This document shows, piece by piece, positions 38,668 to 47,473 of a stretch of 64,000 nucleotides of DNA. The DNA is from a virus. The position numbers and the translations under genes were made by a program. Each line of letters starts with the position of its first letter. The first letter of the stretch is position 1. Location: positions 1-64,000 of IMG/VR virus record IMGVR_UViG_3300020420_000009, one strand, 5' to 3'. The notes under the pieces were generated by a model, which had not been told where the DNA came from, ran no database searches, and worked only from the letters and a program-made list of their open reading frames with translations.

Positions 38668-40071
38668 ATGGCGTCAGGTTCACAGAAAGTTAAAACCCCA
38701 TCAGGTTGGAATGCAACTCAAGGTGCATGGGTCAAGACAGGCCCGTCTACTTGGAAAGCAGTTGACCAAATTTATATTAAAGCTCCAGGCGGGTGGAATA
38801 ATGCTTCAGGTCAAGAGGCAGTGCAACAACCTTATCCATATATTGCACAGGGTGGTTCTCCATATATTGCAAATGCACAGAACCCATATCCCTATATTGC
38901 AAATGCACAGGAACCAAACATTAGGTCAGCACAACAACCTTATCCTTACATTGCAGACGGTGGGTCACCTTATATTGCAAATGGACAGGAACCTAATATT
39001 AGAAACCAACAGGAACCAAATATTCGTTCTGCACAGCAACCGTATCCATATATTGCAAATGCACAGGAACCTAATATAAGAAACAGACAAAATCCGTTTA
39101 CATACGACCATAGGTCACCTTTTACATATAATCACAGAAGTCCTTTTACATATGACCATAGGTCACCTTTTACATATCGTAATCCGTTTACTTACAATCA
39201 TAGGTCACCATTTACATATAACTATAGGTCACCGTTTACATACAGAAGTCCTGTGAGTGCTCAGGAACCTAATATTAGGAATGGACAGAACCCATTTACA
39301 TATCCAGCAAATATTCAACAACCGAATATTCGTTCTGCACAACAACCGTTTACATATCCAGCAAATATTCAACAACCAAATATTAGGAGTGCTCAACAAC
39401 CGTTCACATATCCTGCGAATATTCAGCAACCTAATATAAGAGACGCTAGGACACCGTTTACCTATCATGCAAGACAGCCGGGCAGTGCAAGACAACCAGT
39501 TCCTTTCTCATATCAAAGTCCATATATCGGAACTGCAAGACAACCAGTTTACTACCCAGGCGGTGGTTCACCAGGCTTCGGTGGTGGTTGTTTCGCAATG
39601 GGAACTATGATATGGATGAGCGACAATACATACAGACCAATCGAAACTATAGAAATTGGAATGTCAGTAATGACATTCGGAGAATCAATAGAGGTTGGAG
39701 TGGTCGAAGAACTTATGCAGCCTAGAGTGTGTGGGTTATACGATATAGAAGTCAACGGTAAAATTACTGGTGTGACTGGAGGACACCCATTCTTAGTTCA
39801 AGATAAAGGGTGGTGTGTTATAAACATGGAAGACTGGGAGCAAGAAGTTGCTGACGGTGTTGCTTGGGGTGGAGAAGTCTCAGGTGTAATTGAAGAGGGT
39901 GATATCCTTGTAGATTCATTATCATTGATTTTAAATAATCAATCGAATGCAAAGGTATCTAATATTAACAAATTGGAAGGAGAACATGAGGTCTATCACT
40001 TGGCTCGTGTAAGTGATAATGCGAACTTCTTTGCAAATGACTTTGTAGTCCATAACTTACAGAAGAGATAA
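38668..40071 (+). CDS. Gln/Pro/Tyr-rich repeat fibre protein 2, N-terminal half, with a C-terminal Hint domain
   Basis: N-terminal WVK...WK...IYIK...GW module; repeats; GGG|CFAMGT...TGGHPF...VYHL...NFFANDFVVHN. Confidence 0.85.
   Translation: MASGSQKVKTPSGWNATQGAWVKTGPSTWKAVDQIYIKAPGGWNNASGQEAVQQPYPYIAQGGSPYIANAQNPYPYIANAQEPNIRSAQQPYPYIADGGSPYIANGQEPNIRNQQEPNIRSAQQPYPYIANAQEPNIRNRQNPFTYDHRSPFTYNHRSPFTYDHRSPFTYRNPFTYNHRSPFTYNYRSPFTYRSPVSAQEPNIRNGQNPFTYPANIQQPNIRSAQQPFTYPANIQQPNIRSAQQPFTYPANIQQPNIRDARTPFTYHARQPGSARQPVPFSYQSPYIGTARQPVYYPGGGSPGFGGGCFAMGTMIWMSDNTYRPIETIEIGMSVMTFGESIEVGVVEELMQPRVCGLYDIEVNGKITGVTGGHPFLVQDKGWCVINMEDWEQEVADGVAWGGEVSGVIEEGDILVDSLSLILNNQSNAKVSNINKLEGEHEVYHLARVSDNANFFANDFVVHNLQKR
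39589..40056 (+). other. Hint (intein-like) autoprocessing domain, 156 aa, no endonuclease
   Basis: Block A Cys1 (CFAMGT), block B TxxH (TGGH), block F (VYHL...NFFAN), block G HN; the +1 residue is Leu. Confidence 0.88.
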
Positions 40072-40072
40072 T

Positions 40073-40867
40073 ATGCCATTTTATCAAAGTGTATATGCAA
40101 CTCAAGCAAGACAACCAGTTCCTGCGAGTTATCAGAGCCCATACGGAACTCAGAATCCTTACATTGCAAATGCAAGACAACCGTTTACCTATAATTATAG
40201 GTCACCGTTTACATATCAAGCACCTGCTAGAAACCCTTTCACTTATCATTATAGGTCACCCTTTACATATCAAGCACCCGCTAGAAACCCTTTCACCTAT
40301 AATTACAGGTCACCATTCACCTATCAGGCACCTGCGAGACAGCCTTTTACTTATCACTATAGGTCACCGTTCACTTATAGAAATCCAGTATCAGCACAAG
40401 AACCAAATATCAGGTCAGCACAACAACCGAATATTAGAGATGCACAATCACCAAGTAATGCACAACAACCTACTATTAAGTCAGCACAAGAACCAAACAT
40501 TAGGTCAGCACAGGAACCTAATATTAGGGACGCAAGACAACCTTCTACATATGATTATCGTTCACCTTCAACATACGAAAGACAGGGTCAAACACCTTTC
40601 ACATATGACCATAGGTCACCTTTAACATATTCACATAGAAGTCCGTTTACATATAGTAATCAGAACCCTACAACTTATGCAAGACAGGGTCAGACACCAT
40701 TTACTTACAACTATAGAAGTCCTTCGACATATGCAAGACAAGGTCAGACACCTACTACATACAGTAATCAAAACCCGACTACTTATGCAAGACAAGGTAG
40801 AACACCAGTTATTAGGTGGGACGGAGTCTTACAACAACAATGGCCTGGAACACCGATATCTAGTTAA
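40073..40867 (+). CDS. Gln/Pro/Tyr-rich repeat fibre protein 2, C-terminal half
   Basis: Same repeat vocabulary (RSPFTY, QEPNIR, RQGQTPFTY); starts 1 nt after the upstream stop (TAATATG). Confidence 0.8.
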   Translation: MPFYQSVYATQARQPVPASYQSPYGTQNPYIANARQPFTYNYRSPFTYQAPARNPFTYHYRSPFTYQAPARNPFTYNYRSPFTYQAPARQPFTYHYRSPFTYRNPVSAQEPNIRSAQQPNIRDAQSPSNAQQPTIKSAQEPNIRSAQEPNIRDARQPSTYDYRSPSTYERQGQTPFTYDHRSPLTYSHRSPFTYSNQNPTTYARQGQTPFTYNYRSPSTYARQGQTPTTYSNQNPTTYARQGRTPVIRWDGVLQQQWPGTPISS

Positions 40868-40894
40868 TTTTAGTCAACTAAATACATTTATATT

Positions 40895-42556
40895 ATGGAT
40901 ACTTTTGAATATATACAAACCCTAGACCGAGCAAAAGAGTTATTCAAACCCTATACTTCTTATGAGGATATGCCTACAAAGCAAGTTCAATTAGGTCAAC
41001 TCCCTGTTCCAAAACATAGAAAAGATACAGACGAAACAGAAGAAGTGTGGAGATACATTATAGATGAATGTATGCCTCCAATTAGATTAGTCACTTGGAA
41101 AGATATAAAACCTTTAATGGATAGTAAAGAGATTATGTCATGGGGTGGATTAGACCACAACGCATATCAATACTTAAATTATCTACATAAAGGTTGGACA
41201 GAAGAAAATAGACCCGACCACCCTCTCAAAGGTGGTTCTATGGATTATATGAATGCAGACGGTGAATACGAATGTCTTACTCAACCTACAATAAAAACAG
41301 CTTATGATAGGATAAAGTTTGCAGACAAATATGGATATGTAGAAGGAACTCAAGAATATGAAGACTTAATGAATGGAGTTATAGATATAACTCTTGATTC
41401 TGAAAAAGAAAATACAATATGTTCTATTTACTATCACGCTGCAAAAGCTCATTGGTTAATAAATGATATACAAAAGAATGGTCTCTGGCAACCTATTCAA
41501 GGTCTTACACACTACACAGGAAATCCAGGCGGTAAACATTCTTTATCTATACACCCTGGCTCAATGAGAAGTAGGTCTTTTCAATCAATGGATTATCCCG
41601 ATAATACTTGTCTTGTCACTGATTATAGTAATTGTTTTCCTAATCACCCTCGTTTAAGTATGGAAAATATAAGAGATTATTGGTTCTCTCTAATACCTAA
41701 AGAGGGTAGAAATGTAAATGCAATTTATACAGACCAAAGAAAAATAGAGTTTAGTCCCTCTTTAGTTCAAGGTGGTGGAACTGATTTTAGAAAATATGTT
41801 TATGCATATAATAAGAAAGTGACAAAGTTATGTAAAAAGAAACCTTTAAACATATACATTGGTTATGATTCTTCTCACGATAATATTATACATGAAGTTT
41901 GTGAAAAGTCAATACATGATAGCATAGAAAGGTCAAAAAGTAAAGGCGCAGGAGCGGATTACTTTAACGATTTTGAAATAGAAACTAAATTACTTGACAT
42001 AAGCAAAATAAAAGATTATAATAGAGACTATGCAAATCAATCTACTGAATTTACATATAGTAGATTTTTAATTCCATATCTAGAAAACTATGAGGGGTTT
42101 AGTATCTTTATAGATAATGATTACATATGGAAGAGAACTCCTTTACCATTTTTCTATTTTCTTGACCCCGACCATGCTGTTGCTTGTGTGCAATATGATT
42201 TTGAACACCATGACAGTGTAAAAATGGGTGGAGAAGTAAATATATCATATCCTAAAAAACTATGGTCTAGTATGATGATATTTAATAATGGACACGAAGA
42301 TTGTAAAAAGTTAACACCCGAAGTTGTTAATAATCAGTCAGGTAAATATTTACATCAGTTTGAATGGACAGATAAAATTAGTAAAATACCTCATGGAAAA
42401 ATTGCAACAGAAGGATTTGAAACAGAATGTCTTGATTCACACCATGCAGTCCATTATACAAGGGGTGGGCCATGGATAAAAGGCATGGATTGTTCAAACA
42501 TAAATATGTTAGAACAATTTTATAAAGTGAAAAGCACCTTGCCAACAAACAAATAA
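40895..42556 (+). CDS. Glycosyltransferase (GT-A, GT8-like) fused to an N-terminal ParB/Srx-like domain
   Basis: IYIGYDS, QSTEFTYSRFLIPYL, FIDND, YPKKLWSSMMIFN, HYTRGGPW. Confidence 0.85.
   Translation: MDTFEYIQTLDRAKELFKPYTSYEDMPTKQVQLGQLPVPKHRKDTDETEEVWRYIIDECMPPIRLVTWKDIKPLMDSKEIMSWGGLDHNAYQYLNYLHKGWTEENRPDHPLKGGSMDYMNADGEYECLTQPTIKTAYDRIKFADKYGYVEGTQEYEDLMNGVIDITLDSEKENTICSIYYHAAKAHWLINDIQKNGLWQPIQGLTHYTGNPGGKHSLSIHPGSMRSRSFQSMDYPDNTCLVTDYSNCFPNHPRLSMENIRDYWFSLIPKEGRNVNAIYTDQRKIEFSPSLVQGGGTDFRKYVYAYNKKVTKLCKKKPLNIYIGYDSSHDNIIHEVCEKSIHDSIERSKSKGAGADYFNDFEIETKLLDISKIKDYNRDYANQSTEFTYSRFLIPYLENYEGFSIFIDNDYIWKRTPLPFFYFLDPDHAVACVQYDFEHHDSVKMGGEVNISYPKKLWSSMMIFNNGHEDCKKLTPEVVNNQSGKYLHQFEWTDKISKIPHGKIATEGFETECLDSHHAVHYTRGGPWIKGMDCSNINMLEQFYKVKSTLPTNK
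41994..42022 (+). promoter_or_regulatory. Perfect sigma70 consensus promoter inside the glycosyltransferase gene
   Basis: TTGACA-17 nt-TATAAT. Confidence 0.55.
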
Positions 42557-42567
42557 TATGGTATACT
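42539..42567 (+). promoter_or_regulatory. Sigma70-type promoter with extended -10
   Basis: TTGCCA-17 nt-TATACT with TGn; directly before the 42578 start. Confidence 0.6.
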
Positions 42568-42577
42568 GGAGATTATT

Positions 42578-43153
42578 ATGAATGCATTAACTTATTGTGA
42601 GTTTGGAAATCTACAAATTAGAAAACCAAACGGATTAGAATATCGATTTGAAAATGTCGATAAGCCTGAATTAGGTTTTGATTATGAGGTTTTAATATAC
42701 GACCAAATAGAAGTCAAAGTATTAAAATGGGAAGAAGGAAAACCTTTAGAAGAACAGGAAACATTACCTTTATCTGAGACAGATAGAGATAGTATTGAAA
42801 AATATATTTCAAATTCAGAACCACCTATGGGTGTAAATTTGAATAATCAATTTATCGGTGAAATTAATAGAGCTGCACGAGAGAATATACAATTACAATC
42901 ACAGAAACATGGTTTTGATGATTTCTTTGAATGTATATATGCTGGAAGAGAAGGTTCTGCTCACCCTTATAGGTCAGACGCAAGACGAGTATTAGAATAT
43001 GCAGATGCAACTAATAATGTTCTTGACGGTCTTTTCAGAGAAATATCTGTCACTAGAGAAGATACTTTAAAACCTATAGAAGAATATCTTTTGGCTTTAC
43101 CTACTCCCTCAAATTTGAAGGACGGAGGATTTAATGCCGAACATAAACTTTGA
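42578..43153 (+). CDS. Hypothetical protein, C-terminus resembling tail-fibre assembly proteins
   Basis: QKHGFDDFFECIYA...PYRSDARRV...PIEEYLLALP pattern. Confidence 0.5.
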   Translation: MNALTYCEFGNLQIRKPNGLEYRFENVDKPELGFDYEVLIYDQIEVKVLKWEEGKPLEEQETLPLSETDRDSIEKYISNSEPPMGVNLNNQFIGEINRAARENIQLQSQKHGFDDFFECIYAGREGSAHPYRSDARRVLEYADATNNVLDGLFREISVTREDTLKPIEEYLLALPTPSNLKDGGFNAEHKL

Positions 43154-43871
43154 TTCAATCGAACAGGTTGATTTAGACTCACCTTTTTATATTACCGAGG
43201 CACCTCTTGGTAATAAAATATATGTAATAGACAATTATCTTGATTCGTCTCTACACCATGCAATAGACCAATACCTAAATCACTCTACCTCATGGTTAAA
43301 AGGTAATGAGGTTAGTGGTGGAAAGGGAAGAGGTGGATTACCTAATCACCAACTATGGGGAGCTTCATATTTTAGAGGAAGAGATATTGGTGACGGCAGA
43401 AAAGAAAAAGTTATATGTGAATCTCATAGACATGGTATCCCTCATTTAATGAATTGGTTTGATAGAAAGATTAGAACAGATTTTGGTTTTGAATGGGTTA
43501 GGTTTCAGTATATGGGAACTAATTCACAAACACATGGTTTAGACGGAAGTAGTCATTCAGATTGTAGTCCTCATGATAATTATAATCTCTCTTTTTTATA
43601 TTACACTAATACCTTTTGGAATGATAATTGGGGTGGTGATTTGAGATTTTACGATAGACATGTTCCTACAGGTGCAAGAGAATTAATGAACAAATATGAA
43701 ATAGGAAGAGTTGCATTCAAACCAAATAGGTTATTAATGTTTGACGGAAGAATAGAACATGGTGCAGAATCCCCTTCTAAAGAAGCAAGATATATAGATA
43801 GGAAGTCTATCGTTTTGAGAGGAGACGAGATTAGACTATTAGACGAGAAACAAAGATATGCCAACTGTTGA
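43134..43871 (+). CDS. 2OG-Fe(II) oxygenase (prolyl-hydroxylase-like)
   Basis: HSD iron motif, WGGDLRFY, FKPNRLLMFDGRIEH, RKS. Confidence 0.88.
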   Translation: MPNINFDSIEQVDLDSPFYITEAPLGNKIYVIDNYLDSSLHHAIDQYLNHSTSWLKGNEVSGGKGRGGLPNHQLWGASYFRGRDIGDGRKEKVICESHRHGIPHLMNWFDRKIRTDFGFEWVRFQYMGTNSQTHGLDGSSHSDCSPHDNYNLSFLYYTNTFWNDNWGGDLRFYDRHVPTGARELMNKYEIGRVAFKPNRLLMFDGRIEHGAESPSKEARYIDRKSIVLRGDEIRLLDEKQRYANC

Positions 43872-44802
43872 ATTTAGAACATATAATCCCGAAGCTTTTC
43901 AAAGATTTAAACCAGTCGTTGCAAAAAGTTATATGCCAGAATGGTGGAAGACTGCAAAGATTAAAATAGACCATAGAGGTTTAGCTGCTCAAACTATAAG
44001 GTCTTGTCCAGCAATGGACGATTATTTAAAAACTGGTTGGTATATTATTACTGCATGTGACATTCCTGTTATGAATGGTGAAACTTGGGATTGGCCAGAC
44101 GGTGGAGAAAGTTTTACAACAAGAGTAGAAAACTTAGACGGAACTGATAATTTACAATATTCTCCAACTCACCCAGCTGCACAGTTTCAAGATTCATTTG
44201 AATATATGGGTGACGAAGGGCCTGTAAAAGATGCATTCAAAATGGGAAATTTTTGGAACATAACTACACCTCCAGGCTATTCAGTTTTTTTCATAGACCC
44301 ATTCTTATTTCAAAATAAATTTTTTGCAGTATGGCAAGGTATAATTGATACAGATACTTTTAACTTAGGTATGGATAACGCACAAATTATTTTTTATCCA
44401 AAGGTAAATCATTCTTTTGTGATACCAAAAGGAACTCCTATATTACAAATAGTTCCTTTTAAAAGAGACGAGTGGAAGTCAACATTTATATACGGTAAAT
44501 CTAAAGATTGGTATAACACACATGGTGTAGTAGAAGAGTCAATGCAAAAATGGCAAAAGGATTTTGGTTTACAAGACCCTTATACAGGACAAACTGTGCC
44601 AGTCGAAGATAGATTAAATATCGGTGGATATAGAAAGGCTGGGTTTAAAAGTAATAAAGCTACTTTATATAATGAAGGTGACAATCCACCACCTGAATGT
44701 CCTATGCATAGAAAAGAAGAGGTTCAGTTGGAAATGGATTTTAAAGAAAAACAAAGAAGTATGACAGACTTAAATTGGGACGGACATGAAGAAAGGGATT
44801 AG
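43858..44802 (+). CDS. Conserved phage protein of oxygenase clusters (dUTPase-like/DUF6065-like)
   Basis: PEWWK, TIRSCPAMDDY, WNITTPPGYS, GIIDTD, IPKGTPILQIVPFKR. Confidence 0.7.
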   Translation: MPTVEFRTYNPEAFQRFKPVVAKSYMPEWWKTAKIKIDHRGLAAQTIRSCPAMDDYLKTGWYIITACDIPVMNGETWDWPDGGESFTTRVENLDGTDNLQYSPTHPAAQFQDSFEYMGDEGPVKDAFKMGNFWNITTPPGYSVFFIDPFLFQNKFFAVWQGIIDTDTFNLGMDNAQIIFYPKVNHSFVIPKGTPILQIVPFKRDEWKSTFIYGKSKDWYNTHGVVEESMQKWQKDFGLQDPYTGQTVPVEDRLNIGGYRKAGFKSNKATLYNEGDNPPPECPMHRKEEVQLEMDFKEKQRSMTDLNWDGHEERD

Positions 44803-45475
44803 ATTATTATTTCCAACCATTGTATACGAGGAGAACCTTGTAGAAAGTGGAAGGATTACAGCAGAACATTGTGGTATTTTAAAAGATGCAATAGACGGAA
44901 TGAGAAAGAATGACCCAGTAGGTCGACAAATATCAAATGCATATACAGGTTGGCAATCTAATGACGGTTGTGAATCCAACCCAGCTTTTAGTAAGTTAAT
45001 GAGAATATTGAGAGATATTTTTAATAATGAAATAGGTGGGTTCCATGGTATTGATAGAGGAAGAGTTCAGATATCTGTAGGTAATTGTTGGGCAAATGTA
45101 AATGACCACCTTGCATGGAATAGACCTCATTTACATAATGGTTGTTGGTATAGTGGTGCTTTTTATGTGCATTCAGAAGGAGACGAAGGTTCATTTATTG
45201 CAGTTAATACAGACCCCAAAGTTGTAGCTGATTATCCCCCTAACGCAAGGTCAATAGAGAGTTGGGAAGTAAAACCAGTGACAGGTAGTTTAATTTTGTT
45301 TCCGAGTGCTATGATGCATATGGTTGAACCTAATAGAACACATAAAGATAGATACTCTATTTCATTTAATGTGAATACAGATAGGATAGGACACCAAAGA
45401 GAACACCAAGTTAAAAGAATAGATGAAGATTGGAACTTATTTAATTTAGACGAAGATTTTGAATTGACTAAGTAA
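44786..45475 (+). CDS. 2OG-Fe(II) oxygenase (TIGR02466-like)
   Basis: LFPT, GWQS, WANVN...NRPHLH...SGAFYV, LILFPSAMMHMV, RYSISFN. Confidence 0.88.
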   Translation: MKKGIRLLFPTIVYEENLVESGRITAEHCGILKDAIDGMRKNDPVGRQISNAYTGWQSNDGCESNPAFSKLMRILRDIFNNEIGGFHGIDRGRVQISVGNCWANVNDHLAWNRPHLHNGCWYSGAFYVHSEGDEGSFIAVNTDPKVVADYPPNARSIESWEVKPVTGSLILFPSAMMHMVEPNRTHKDRYSISFNVNTDRIGHQREHQVKRIDEDWNLFNLDEDFELTK

Positions 45476-45492
45476 TTTTCATAAATAAGTGT

Positions 45493-45753
45493 ATGGAAAT
45501 CACTATATCACCTTACATTCTGTGGAACCTCGTAATGACAATTGTCATTTTACCGTTAGGTTTTCTCATTAGAAATCTTCTTTCAGAACAAAAAAGATTA
45601 GATATTCTTGTTAATAAAACAAGAGAAGAGATAGCAAAAGACTATGTCACTAGAGAACAAATAGAAGCAGATTTCGACAAACTTATGGCCTCTATCAATA
45701 AAATTGATGAGAAGTTAGACCGTTTACAATCTAAAACTTATTTCCAAGAATAG
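45493..45753 (+). CDS. Small membrane-anchored coiled-coil protein
   Basis: N-terminal TM segment; TREEIAKDYVTR...KIDEKLDRL. Confidence 0.7.
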   Translation: MEITISPYILWNLVMTIVILPLGFLIRNLLSEQKRLDILVNKTREEIAKDYVTREQIEADFDKLMASINKIDEKLDRLQSKTYFQE

Positions 45754-45759
45754 AATAAG

Positions 45760-45767
45760 TATAAATA
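45760..45767 (+). promoter_or_regulatory. T4-type late promoter
   Basis: TATAAATA before gp13. Confidence 0.75.
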
Positions 45768-45792
45768 GTAGTATAAACAGGATTATACTATT

Positions 45793-46608
45793 ATGGCAAT
45801 ACCAAACTCTAAAACTACACTTAAAGAATACATAAAGAGAAAACTGGGAGCTCCAGTTTTAGAAATTAATGTAGACGATGACCAGTTTGACGATAGGTTA
45901 GACGAAGCAATTCAATACTTCCAAGAGTATCATTATGACGGTTCTATGCGTGTTTATCTGAAACACAAACTAACTTCAGCAAATTTAGCAACTATGAAGA
46001 CAAACGAAACCTTCATAGAAAGTTCAGCTGGAACACATGATTACAATAATCAAGAAGTTCAACAACAAAAAAATTACATAGTATTACCTGAGTTTGTATT
46101 AGCAGTAAATAGAATCTTTCCGTTCAATGATAAAAGTAATCTTAATATGTTTGACCTTAGATATCAATTAAGGTTAAACGATTTATATGACCTAACCTCA
46201 ACAAACATATTACATTATGAAATGGTTCAACAACATATTTCTATGATGGATATGATATTGACAGGTCAAACTCCTATCAGATATAAACAAAATATGAATA
46301 GATTATATCTAGATGCAGATATCGAATCATTCTCAGCAGACGAATACATAATCATAGAGTGTCATAGAAAAATAGACCCAACAGATTTTACAGATATATT
46401 TAACGATATGTGGTTAAAAAGATATGCAACTGCATTAGTTAAGTATCAATGGTCAGAGAATTTATCTAAATTTGACGGTATTGCATTGCCAGGCGGAGTG
46501 ACATTGAGTGCAGCTGAAATGAAATCTCAAGCACAAGAGGAAATAACAAAATTAGAAGAAGAATCTAGACTGAATTATGAACTTCCAGTTATGGATTTAA
46601 TGGGATAA
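45793..46608 (+). CDS. gp13: gp13 neck protein
   Basis: LGAPVLEINVDDDQ, YHYDG, WLKRYATALVKYQW, LPGGVTL. Confidence 0.93.
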   Translation: MAIPNSKTTLKEYIKRKLGAPVLEINVDDDQFDDRLDEAIQYFQEYHYDGSMRVYLKHKLTSANLATMKTNETFIESSAGTHDYNNQEVQQQKNYIVLPEFVLAVNRIFPFNDKSNLNMFDLRYQLRLNDLYDLTSTNILHYEMVQQHISMMDMILTGQTPIRYKQNMNRLYLDADIESFSADEYIIIECHRKIDPTDFTDIFNDMWLKRYATALVKYQWSENLSKFDGIALPGGVTLSAAEMKSQAQEEITKLEEESRLNYELPVMDLMG

Positions 46609-46612
46609 GTAA

Positions 46613-47473
46613 ATGCCTACAAATGTATATTTTAACCATGCTGTTAACACAGAACAACACCTATATGAAGATTTAGTTGTTGAGTCTTTACGATTCTATG
46701 GTCATGATGTTTTATATCTTCCTAGACAGATTATAGAGGAAGATACTATTTTCACAGAAGATGTTCAATCTAGATATGGTGACGCATATTCTGTTGAAAT
46801 GTATTTAGAAAACACAGAAGGATTTGAAGGTGAAGGAGATTTAGTTTCAAAATTTGGTGTTCAAATTCAAGAAGAAGCTTCTTTTATAATCAGTTTAAGA
46901 ACATGGGAAAGATTTATTTCTCTTGATTCTAACCTTGCAACTTCATTAAGACCTAACGAGGGTGATTTAATTTATTTTCCTTTGTCAGGTTCTATGTTTG
47001 AGATTAGATTCGTAGAAGACCAAGACCCATTCTTTCAATTAGGAAAACTATTTGTTTTCAAACTAAAATGTTCATTGTTCGAATACAGTGGAGAAGATTT
47101 CGATACTGGAACAGCTGCAGACTTAGTAGAAGCAGACCAAGCTTACACAATAGAAATGACTATGAATACTGGTTCAGGAGACTATACAATCGGAGAGAAT
47201 GTGAAAGCTACAATCAGTGGAACAGAATATACTGTTGGTGAAGTATTACAATGGAACTCATCTACAAGAGTTCTTACAATCAAAGATAACACACGAACTC
47301 TATCTATTGGTGATACAATAGTCGGTGAGACTTCAACAACTTCAAGAACTATTCAGACTATCACAGATGTATTAACATTTAATAATCTATCCTCTGCACA
47401 GAACAAGGAGTTTGAAGATAAGGATACAAGTTATCTTGACCTATCTGAAATCAATCCGTTTGGAGAACCATAA
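46613..47473 (+). CDS. gp14: gp14 neck protein
   Basis: EQHLYEDLVVESLRFYG, RPNEGDLIYFP, PFFQLGK, EINPFGE. Confidence 0.93.
   Translation: MPTNVYFNHAVNTEQHLYEDLVVESLRFYGHDVLYLPRQIIEEDTIFTEDVQSRYGDAYSVEMYLENTEGFEGEGDLVSKFGVQIQEEASFIISLRTWERFISLDSNLATSLRPNEGDLIYFPLSGSMFEIRFVEDQDPFFQLGKLFVFKLKCSLFEYSGEDFDTGTAADLVEADQAYTIEMTMNTGSGDYTIGENVKATISGTEYTVGEVLQWNSSTRVLTIKDNTRTLSIGDTIVGETSTTSRTIQTITDVLTFNNLSSAQNKEFEDKDTSYLDLSEINPFGEP

Noticed and set aside
39589-40071. Canonical splicing intein or homing element
   Set aside because: The +1 residue is Leu, only four residues follow, and there is no endonuclease domain.
40060-40080. Programmed frameshift or readthrough joining the two halves of fibre 2
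   Set aside because: No slippery run is evident. TAA-T-ATG matches the coupled stop-start spacing used elsewhere in this genome (e.g. 10898/10900, 31024/31026).
38820-40800. DNA repeats resembling a CRISPR array or tandem non-coding repeat
   Set aside because: Repeats are in-frame, vary at synonymous positions and lack unique spacers; they reflect protein repeats.
38711-40925. Alternative-frame ORFs over the repeat genes (38711, 39257, 40089, 40677; likewise 31168-32073)
   Set aside because: Shadow frames of repetitive codons with no RBS.
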